Shown: piece by piece, positions 27,511 through 33,837 of the stretch
Layout: every line of letters starts with the position of its first letter
Position numbering within the stretch: the first letter of the stretch is position 1
Source: Candidatus Eiseniibacteriota bacterium
GTDB lineage: Bacteria; ARS69
Direction of reading: 5' to 3'
DNA length: 33,837 nucleotides
Assembly: GCA_052390515.1 (NCBI GenBank)
Contig: JBQTGV010000136.1
Span: 1-33,837, forward strand
Position numbers and translations under genes: made by a program
The notes under the pieces: model-generated
Told to the model about the DNA's origin: nothing
Seen by the model: the letters and a program-made list of their open reading frames with translations, nothing else
Databases searched by the model: none

Positions 27511-28886
27511 GAACGGAACGTCGCCAGCACGAGGAAGAGCACGGCGATCGAGGCCGGCCCGAGCAGCAGCCGCTGCAACGTGTCGTAGAGGTACTCCTCG
27601 GTCTCGTGCGGCCAGATGACATAGAGCGCCACGTCGACGGCGATCAGCACTGCGACCGGTAGAAGCAGGTACCGGAGCGGACTGCGGATCGCCGTCTTCG
27701 CTCTGGCCACGAGCACCACCAGGAAGAGCGGCCACAGCACGTTCCAGTGACCCACGTCGGTGAAGTGGTGGAGAAAGATGCCGGGCAGCCCGCCGACGCG
27801 GTGCAGGTGGCCCCACACCGTCGCCCACGTGACATTGGATGCGTTGACGACGTCGTTCTCGAGTCCGGCGGCCCGCGTGAAGAGGCTCCAGGGCAGGACG
27901 ACGAGCGCGCCGGGAAGGGCGAAGCGGGCGAAGGCGGCCGCCGCGCGGCGCGGCCTGCTCCGCCCCTCGACGACGACGTAGAAGCCGAGCGTCACCGCCA
28001 GCGACAGGAAGAGCGCGAAACCGTCGTTCTTCGTCCAGCCGCAGAGCCCCGCGAAGATCCCGGCGAGCACGAGGAGTCGGCCGTCCTTCTCGTGCATCCA
28101 GCGGAAGAGCAGCCCGAGGCTCGTCACGAAGTAACAGACCAGCACCGGCTCGACCATCGTGCCGATGACCCACCTCTGCAGTCCGGAGAGCGTCGCGAAG
28201 AGGAGCGCGCCGAGCAGCGCCGGCTCGACGGCCACGGTGCGGCGCAGAAAGGCGAAGGCGTTGACGCACAGCGCCGCGTGGAAGAGCGGGAAGAGGACGC
28301 GCGGGGGCTGATCGTTCCACTCTCCGAGGAAGAGGAGGATCCACGTCTCGAGGAGCGGGACGTGCTGCGGGTAGTCCCAATGCCCGAAGGTCTTCTCGAA
28401 CTCCGGGAAGAGGTCGAGCGGGACGATGCGATGCACGAAGAAGATCTTCGCCTTGTAGGCCCACATGGCCCACGCGTCCCAGTGGTCGATCTCCACGAGC
28501 ATCGTCCGGGCGAAGACGGTGGCGAGGCTCACGACGATGGAGGCGACGAGGACGACGCGGAGCGGAAGGGATGCCGGTGCGACGGCGGCGACGGCGGCCG
28601 GCGCGTCGGGAGGTGTGGAACGCCCCCGCCGGAGAGCGAACACGATACCTGCCGGCAAGAGCAGGATGGTGGCGAGGAGCCGCGTGTCGAAGTGCACGCC
28701 GGCGAACGAGAGCAGCAGCATCGTCAGGGTGAGTGCGCCGGATCCGAGGCCGAACGCGAGGGACAACCGATCGAGCCGGCCGAAGAGCGACCGCGCTCCG
28801 AAGCAGGCGTCGAGCAGCAGCCAGCCGGCCAACGTCGGTACGGCCAGCGCCGCCGCGACGCGAACGAGATCCATGCCGTCGCTCAC
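27426..28886 (-). CDS. GT-C fold membrane glycosyltransferase (ArnT/PMT-like)
   Basis: GTGA coupling and about 12 TM helices. First external loop has WDAWAMWAYKAK, plus DYP and WTKNDG motifs. Confidence 0.65.
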   Translation of the reverse strand: MSDGMDLVRVAAALAVPTLAGWLLLDACFGARSLFGRLDRLSLAFGLGSGALTLTMLLLSFAGVHFDTRLLATILLLPAGIVFALRRGRSTPPDAPAAVAAVAPASLPLRVVLVASIVVSLATVFARTMLVEIDHWDAWAMWAYKAKIFFVHRIVPLDLFPEFEKTFGHWDYPQHVPLLETWILLFLGEWNDQPPRVLFPLFHAALCVNAFAFLRRTVAVEPALLGALLFATLSGLQRWVIGTMVEPVLVCYFVTSLGLLFRWMHEKDGRLLVLAGIFAGLCGWTKNDGFALFLSLAVTLGFYVVVEGRSRPRRAAAAFARFALPGALVVLPWSLFTRAAGLENDVVNASNVTWATVWGHLHRVGGLPGIFLHHFTDVGHWNVLWPLFLVVLVARAKTAIRSPLRYLLLPVAVLIAVDVALYVIWPHETEEYLYDTLQRLLLGPASIAVLFLVLATFRSYSPRPNHQFTPNRNLAAEPSSSIGTSI

Positions 28887-29344
28887 CGCCGCGAGAGCAG
28901 GTAGCGGTTCGGGCCGAGGAACTCGACCTGCACGTATCCGGGAGGCGTTTCGAAGTCACGCACGCCGTACACGAGGATGTGATCGCGCAGGGTCCGGTCG
29001 TCGCCCGTGTTCCGCGGGTAGAGGAGGTAGCGGGCGCGGTCCCGGAGGAACTCGTAGCGGTAGGTCGGTTCGGTCGGGAGCACGATCTGGAGCTCGGCGC
29101 CGGGCGGCAGCAGCGCGTCGCAGAACTGCAGGGTCTCGTACCACTCGGCGGTCTGCGGATCGAGTCTCGAGTGGTGGCGGCGCAGCGTCTCGGGATCGGC
29201 ACTCAGGGCGAAGCGGTAGTAGGGGAGATGCTCGCGGACGGCTCCGGTGGCGAACGCGACGTACACGGAGAGCCAGACGGCGAGCAGCGCCCAGGTGAGG
29301 CCACGTTCCCGAGCGTGAATCGGCAGCGCCCCCCTCGCCGTCAT
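28883..29344 (-). CDS. Membrane-anchored hypothetical protein coupled to the GT-C gene
   Basis: One N-terminal TM helix, then a small soluble domain with RARYLLYPR. Stop overlaps the GT-C start. Start uncertain (ATG 29344 chosen). Confidence 0.65.
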   Translation of the reverse strand: MTARGALPIHARERGLTWALLAVWLSVYVAFATGAVREHLPYYRFALSADPETLRRHHSRLDPQTAEWYETLQFCDALLPPGAELQIVLPTEPTYRYEFLRDRARYLLYPRNTGDDRTLRDHILVYGVRDFETPPGYVQVEFLGPNRYLLSRR

Positions 29345-29388
29345 CGAAGCCGCGTGACCGCCATCGAGATGAGACACTTCATGAAGGG

Positions 29389-29394
29389 AGTGTA
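29389..29394 (-). promoter_or_regulatory. -10 element TACACT 6 nt upstream of a mini-ORF ATG (29382)
   Basis: TACACT-cccttc-ATG. No convincing -35. Confidence 0.4.
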
Positions 29395-29482
29395 GCCGAT
29401 CGGCCCGCGGCACGCGTCAGCGCAGGTTGCCCGAGGGCGGCGGCCCGCCAAGGCATCACGGGATGCTCGGGAGCGGGGGACG

Positions 29483-30421
29483 CTACTCCGGCGGCGTGAA
29501 GACGAACGGCGCCTGGAACGTGACCTCTCCGGAGGCGACCTTCGGGAACTTCCAGGCCTCGATCTGCGCGAGCGCGCACGCGGTGAGCGCGGCGGAGCGG
29601 AGCGTGTCCTTCACCACGGCAGCTTCCGTGACCTTTCCGGAGGCGGCCACGGTGATGGCGACGATCAGCTTGCCGCCGAGCGACGGGTTCCTCTCCAGCT
29701 CGTTGTCGTAGCAGAACTGGATTCCGGGCGCGTACTTCCGCACCACCGCGAGCAGTGACGCATCGGTGCGGATCTCGCTGGCGGACGTCGGGGCGCCGTC
29801 GGCCCCGCGCCCCTGCGGCGCACCCGAGCCCGACTCGGGCAGCGCCTCGATCTCGATGCGGGCACCGGCGATCGCCACGCTCGGCCCCGCGGAAGCGCCG
29901 GCAGCCGCCGACATCGGGGTGATGTCGGCGACCTGGTTCGAGCCCCGCCCGGATCGGGTCGTCCGTCGCTGAGTCGTGCGCGCCGGGGTCGTCGGCTCCT
30001 TCGAAGCGAGCGTGGCGTCGAGTCCGGTCAGCATGCCGTCGAGCGAGGCGGCGGCGGCGTTCAGCTGCTTCGTGGCCTCCTTCGCGCGTTGCCGTCCGGC
30101 GGCGCCGGCGTCGACCACGGGCTTCGGCTTCGGCTCGGGAGCGGCGGCCTTGGCGACTTCCGGCGTCGGGGCCTTCCTCGCCGCAGGCGGGGTGGGAGCG
30201 GGCTTGGCCGCGGCCTCCGCCTCCGGGCGCACGGGCGGCGGCTTCGGCGCCTCGGGCTCGAGCCAAGTGACCTCGATGAGCTCGTCCGGCTCGGCGACAT
30301 CCATGCGTGCGAAGCCCAGATAGAGCAGCAGCGCTGCGTGCACGACGGCGCTCGCGATGAGCGCCTGCCGGGTTCGGGCCCGGATCCGGTCGAACTCGAC
30401 CGCCAGCATCATCGTGCTCAT
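29483..30421 (-). CDS. TonB-like energy transducer with an AgmX/PglI-type C-terminal domain (GltG-like)
   Basis: N-terminal TM with SAVVH (S-x3-H), a Pro/Ala/Lys spacer, and C-domain IQFCYDNELERNPSLGGKL.V.I......G.V........TL....LTAC....I..WKFP......PFVF. Confidence 0.8.
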   Translation of the reverse strand: MSTMMLAVEFDRIRARTRQALIASAVVHAALLLYLGFARMDVAEPDELIEVTWLEPEAPKPPPVRPEAEAAAKPAPTPPAARKAPTPEVAKAAAPEPKPKPVVDAGAAGRQRAKEATKQLNAAAASLDGMLTGLDATLASKEPTTPARTTQRRTTRSGRGSNQVADITPMSAAAGASAGPSVAIAGARIEIEALPESGSGAPQGRGADGAPTSASEIRTDASLLAVVRKYAPGIQFCYDNELERNPSLGGKLIVAITVAASGKVTEAAVVKDTLRSAALTACALAQIEAWKFPKVASGEVTFQAPFVFTPPE

Positions 30422-30843
30422 CGAACGATCTCCGTGTGCGGCTTGGTCGCCACGGCGATGCGCGTAGCCCCCGCGGCACGTGCGTCCTCCAGGAGGGCGC
30501 GGACCGCGGCGTACTGCACCCCGGCGTCGGCCCGAACGACGAGGAACCTGTCCTCGGCGTCGCGCTTCTCGAACTTGGCGGCGAGCTCGCGCCGGAGCAT
30601 CGTGCGCGGCATGACCTCGTCGTCGATGGCCACCTTCGACTCCCGGGACAGGGTGACGTTGACGTGCGGCTCGTTACCCAGCGTCTTGCTCTTGGCCGGA
30701 GGCAGCTCGAGCTCGAGAGGCGGGACGGCGAGCATGGGTGCCGTGATCATCAGGATGATCACCAGCACGAGAGCCACGTCGATGATCGGCGTCACGTTGA
30801 TGGTCACGTTCTCGGAGTCGTTCGGCACGAAAGGGCGACGCAT
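30418..30843 (-). CDS. exbD: ExbD/TolR (AglQ/S-like) motor subunit
   Basis: INVTPIIDVALVLVIILMI with the channel Asp, L.LP and VVRADAGVQY. Start is 30843 (ATG) or 30846 (GTG). Confidence 0.9.
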   Translation of the reverse strand: MRRPFVPNDSENVTINVTPIIDVALVLVIILMITAPMLAVPPLELELPPAKSKTLGNEPHVNVTLSRESKVAIDDEVMPRTMLRRELAAKFEKRDAEDRFLVVRADAGVQYAAVRALLEDARAAGATRIAVATKPHTEIVR

Positions 30844-31253
30844 CACTCCCCCCCTTGCGCGATGGCGATCGCCTCGGCGCCGCTGAGCTTCGCCTGGTCG
30901 AGAACGTTGACGAACGCGCCGTGGGAGACGCCGTCTCCGCAGGTGACGACGACCGGCGGCGGCTGCGGCACGGCCAGGAGCGGAGCGAGCGCTGCAGAGA
31001 GCTCCGAGCGCGCCAGGCGCGCGCTGTTGAGCAACACGTCGGTGTCATCCGGAATGGAGATCACCACGGGCTCGGCGGGCTCCTCGGCAACTTCCGCGTC
31101 GGCCGCATGCGTACGCTGCACCGCGATGTTCGACTCGGACGCGAGCGGCGTGAGCAGCATCAGGATCACGACGAGCACGAGCGACACGTCGATCAGGGGC
31201 ACGACGTTGACCTCGTGCATTCCGTTCCCGTTCGCGGAGTTGTCGGAGTGCAT
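30843..31253 (-). CDS. exbD: ExbD/TolR (AglQ/S-like) motor subunit
   Basis: GGAGG SD, VNVVPLIDVSLVLVVILML and D.VSHG..V.VLD.AK..G. Confidence 0.9.
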   Translation of the reverse strand: MHSDNSANGNGMHEVNVVPLIDVSLVLVVILMLLTPLASESNIAVQRTHAADAEVAEEPAEPVVISIPDDTDVLLNSARLARSELSAALAPLLAVPQPPPVVVTCGDGVSHGAFVNVLDQAKLSGAEAIAIAQGGE

Positions 31254-31255
31254 GG

Positions 31256-31972
31256 TTACCTCCCGACGGCATGCCCGGGCGTGCGAGCGGGCGTGGTGGC
31301 GGTGGGCCGGGTCTCGGGAGCGCGGGCGGGTGCGGGCGCCGACGACGGGCGAGCCGACATTCCGGCCAGAGCGGCCCGGATCCGGCGCGTGTGGTTCTCG
31401 GCGACGGTGAGCATGGTGTTCATACGGCGCACGAGGTGGTTGTAGGTGACGAGGGACGGCACGGCGATGATGATTCCGGCTGCCGTCGTGAAGAGCGCCT
31501 CGGCGATGCCCGCGGCGACCACGGACGGTCCGGCCGAGCCGGCCAGGGCCATGTCCTTGAACGCGTGCATGATTCCCCAGACCGTTCCGAGGAGACCGAT
31601 CAGAGGCGAGATCGCCGCCATCGTGCCGAGGACGCCGACGTTGCGCTCCAGCATCATGCGCTGCTCGCTGAGGGCGATGTACACGCGCTCCTCGAGAACG
31701 TTGTCCGCGGCCGGACCATCGCGGAAGAGCGCGGCGGCTGCGGCGCCGAAGGGGTGCTGGGTGGCCTGGCAGATCCGCGCCGCCTCGCGCACGTTGCCCG
31801 ACTCCAGCTCGGAGAGCGCTTTGCGGACGGTGGCGTCGGGATCGCCGCGCCGCTTGGCGAAGTAGAGGAAGCGCTCGATCGCCGCCCCGAGGGCGAGCAC
31901 GCTGCAGGCGACGAGGACGATGAAGACCGGGCTCGTCCCCATCAGCTTGAGCCAGTTGAAGTCGGTGGACAT
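31256..31972 (-). CDS. exbB: MotA/TolQ/ExbB proton-channel protein (AglR-like)
   Basis: AAGGAG SD, ATG at 31972, IERF, and SPLIGLLGTVWGIM.AF...GIAEALFTTAAGIIIAVP. Confidence 0.93.
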   Translation of the reverse strand: MSTDFNWLKLMGTSPVFIVLVACSVLALGAAIERFLYFAKRRGDPDATVRKALSELESGNVREAARICQATQHPFGAAAAALFRDGPAADNVLEERVYIALSEQRMMLERNVGVLGTMAAISPLIGLLGTVWGIMHAFKDMALAGSAGPSVVAAGIAEALFTTAAGIIIAVPSLVTYNHLVRRMNTMLTVAENHTRRIRAALAGMSARPSSAPAPARAPETRPTATTPARTPGHAVGR

Positions 31973-31974
31973 GT

Positions 31975-32298
31975 TCACTCCTTCAGGGCGGAGGCATCCG
32001 CGGCGTTGAGGGAATCCGGGGGCGTGACCGTGACCGGGATCGTGATCGGGACCGGGATCGTGATCGGGACCGGGCCCGACGGCGTGATCTCGTTCGCCAC
32101 CGCGTCGAGCGGGGGCAGGTACTCCTCGAGAAAGTCGAGGGGACGTTCCGTCTCGCGCGAGGTGATGAAGAGCACGCGCGGCAGGCGCACCTCGCCCTCG
32201 ATGGTGATCTCGTCCAGCGTCTTGACGCCGGCGTCCGCGCGCCGGCCCTCCGCCGCCGGCAGCATCAGCAATCCGATGGCGAGTGTCAGGAACGTCAC
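31975..32298 (-). CDS. Small exported protein, CglF/GltF-like
   Basis: GTGA coupling and a signal peptide. LDEITIEGEVRLPRVLFITSR resembles the D..IEG....P....I..R core of GltF, and the gene follows gltD/E-like genes. Confidence 0.6.
   Translation of the reverse strand: MTFLTLAIGLLMLPAAEGRRADAGVKTLDEITIEGEVRLPRVLFITSRETERPLDFLEEYLPPLDAVANEITPSGPVPITIPVPITIPVTVTPPDSLNAADASALKE
32023..32076. repeat. 3 x 18-bp in-frame tandem repeat (6-bp sub-period) encoding PVPITI-PVPITI-PVTVT
   Basis: CGTGACCGTGACCGGGAT / CGTGATCGGGACCGGGAT / CGTGATCGGGACCGGGCC. Confidence 0.9.
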
Positions 32299-33167
32299 GG
32301 CTGCTTCTCCTCCCCGTTCTGCCGGGCCAGCTCGACGGAGAGGGCCTGCTCCAGCCCGTCGGGATCGTCGCTGGCGACTTCCCGGTAACGGGCGAACCAG
32401 TCACGGGCGCTCTTCGTGTCGAAGCGGTAGAAGTGCTCGACGATCGCCAGGTTGTAGAGCGGACCGGGAAGCTCCGGTTCCAGGCGGTTCGCCTTGATGA
32501 AGTGCTCTCGCGCAGTCTCGGGGTCACCGGCGTAGAGCCGGGTGATGCCGTAGTTGTTGTGATTCACGGCGGTCGGCGCCGCATCCAGCGCGCGCCGCGC
32601 CGTCTCCTCGGCGGCCTCGAAGCCTTCTCCGCGCAGCCGCAGGTACGCGAGCCCGGCTCCGCCCGCGGCCCAGTCCGCCAGCTTCGGTTCCAGCGACGCC
32701 ACGATCTGCTCGGCGTGCTGCGGGTCGCCGGCCGCGTCGTAGTGCAGGGCCAGCGCGACGCCGAGCAGGTCCGGCAGCGGGCCGCGCTGACGCGCCCCTT
32801 CGAGGGCGGCGATGGCCTCGTCGTGCCGGCCCGCGTCGTACCAGAGCTTCGAGGCGAGCGAGAGCGACGGCGCGTGAGCGGGATCCCGCGCGAGCGCTTG
32901 ACGCAGAGCCGCTTCGGCCTGAACGGCGTCGCCGTCCTCGAGACGGATCTCGGCGATGCGGAACGGCCAGTACGGCTCGGCGGGATGCAGCGTGGCCTTC
33001 GCCCCGAGCTCGGCGATCTCGCCGGGCGCGCTCTCCGCGGCCACCGGCTCCGCCCGGTCGCTGCCGACCCATGGGATCCAGCGGAATGGAATCGTCGAGC
33101 AGCCGCCCAGAGAGAGCGTGCATGCCACGGCGAACGCCGCCCGCGAGAACGAGGCCCGGGTGCTCAC
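32295..33167 (-). CDS. TPR lipoprotein, GltE/AglT-like
   Basis: GTG at 33167 overlaps the upstream stop, lipobox LGGC, TPR repeats, and a C-terminal NNYGI...YNLAIVEHFY..D...A...F.RY pattern. Confidence 0.7.
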   Translation of the reverse strand: MSTRASFSRAAFAVACTLSLGGCSTIPFRWIPWVGSDRAEPVAAESAPGEIAELGAKATLHPAEPYWPFRIAEIRLEDGDAVQAEAALRQALARDPAHAPSLSLASKLWYDAGRHDEAIAALEGARQRGPLPDLLGVALALHYDAAGDPQHAEQIVASLEPKLADWAAGGAGLAYLRLRGEGFEAAEETARRALDAAPTAVNHNNYGITRLYAGDPETAREHFIKANRLEPELPGPLYNLAIVEHFYRFDTKSARDWFARYREVASDDPDGLEQALSVELARQNGEEKQP

Positions 33168-33837
33168 TTCGCGTCTTCCTCTTCGGGGGGCGCTGCGGAG
33201 ATCCAGGGATGCTCGACCTCGGGGCGATGTGCGAAGCGTCGCGCGATGCGCGGCCACAGCTCGCTCTCGGCCCGCTCGACCCAGTCGCCCTCGGCGCCGC
33301 CCTCCGCGGCACGTCGAACCAACCCCGCCCAGGTCTCTTCCCCGCGGTCCCAGAAGTCCCAGCTGCGCTCTTCCAGGACCTGCTCGTAGGCGGCCAGATC
33401 GTCCCCCTCCAGATCGGCGGGCCGGTCGCTCTCCATGAGTGCGTCGCCGAACTCCACCAGGCACTCCCCGATGCGAAACGCCGCGGCCTGGTTCCACGGG
33501 GCGACGGCGTATTCCGAGCACGCCCGGTACTCGGTCAGGGCACCTTCGAGCAGCTTCTTCTTCTGGGCCACGGCGGGCTCCAGCGGCTGCGTCAAGCGGG
33601 CCCGCTCGAGCGCGATCCGCGCCTCCTCGCCGTGACGGAAGCGCACCTCCGCGAGGATCCCGCGGGAGGCGAGCGAATCGTGCTTCGCGGCGAGATCCAG
33701 GTAGCGTCGGAGGTTCACTGCGCGCGGGTCCTTGGCTAGCGCCCGCGTGACAGTCTCCTCCGGTGAGAGGGCCGCGAGCGCCCGGCCGGCCCGGCGCTCG
33801 AGAAAACAAAAGGCCGCCAGCACGACGCCACGCCAAC
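33164..33837 (-). CDS. C-terminal part of a large TPR protein, GltD/AgmU-like (5'-truncated by the window edge)
   Basis: Frame is open to the window end. The pattern KKKLL......Y.....Y....W..AAAFRIG.....F..AL....RP..L..D.L..Y...LEE matches the GltD/AgmU C-terminus as I recall it. Confidence 0.7.
   Translation of the reverse strand, partial: WRGVVLAAFCFLERRAGRALAALSPEETVTRALAKDPRAVNLRRYLDLAAKHDSLASRGILAEVRFRHGEEARIALERARLTQPLEPAVAQKKKLLEGALTEYRACSEYAVAPWNQAAAFRIGECLVEFGDALMESDRPADLEGDDLAAYEQVLEERSWDFWDRGEETWAGLVRRAAEGGAEGDWVERAESELWPRIARRFAHRPEVEHPWISAAPPEEEDAK

Noticed and set aside
29483-31972. Ordinary Tol-Pal or TonB uptake locus
   Set aside because: No tolB, pal or TonB-dependent receptor is adjacent in the window, and the Cys-containing C-domain plus upstream TPR and IEG-motif genes fit a Glt-like system better. 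The region beyond the window is unseen.
33800-33837. GTG 33823 as the true start, and the AT-rich patch as a regulatory site
   Set aside because: The frame stays open to the edge, and TTT-TGT-TTT codons are atypical for this genome, suggesting contig-end errors in a truncated gene.

Overview
A very GC-rich (roughly 70% by eye), gene-dense bacterial segment with about 28 plausible CDS. I found no rRNA, tRNA, CRISPR array or mobile element, and both ends look like low-quality contig ends. The organism is diderm (LptD, Omp85, ExbBD/TonB). A FlgD-Ig-type C-terminal domain and a C-terminal TWGxxKxLYR motif suggest an FCB-associated lineage such as Eisenbacteria, Latescibacterota or Krumholzibacteriota (inference only). 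From left to right: a 7x DUF11 secreted protein; a DUF3798-type ABC importer preceded by nitroreductase-like and DUF2007 genes; malK-like ATPase, a giant OstA/LptA-LptD fusion, an M50 protease and an atypical PilT; exported thioredoxin plus a cohesin-like protein; PPi-type Pfk and a Zn alcohol dehydrogenase; an Omp85-DUF4390-histidine kinase-sigma54 regulator-OMP operon; a GT-C glycosyltransferase pair; and a tightly coupled gltD-gltE-gltF-exbB-exbD-exbD-gltG-like operon. That last operon resembles the core of the myxobacterial Agl-Glt motor and is the best candidate for an undescribed system. All family calls come from motif recognition by eye, not database searches.
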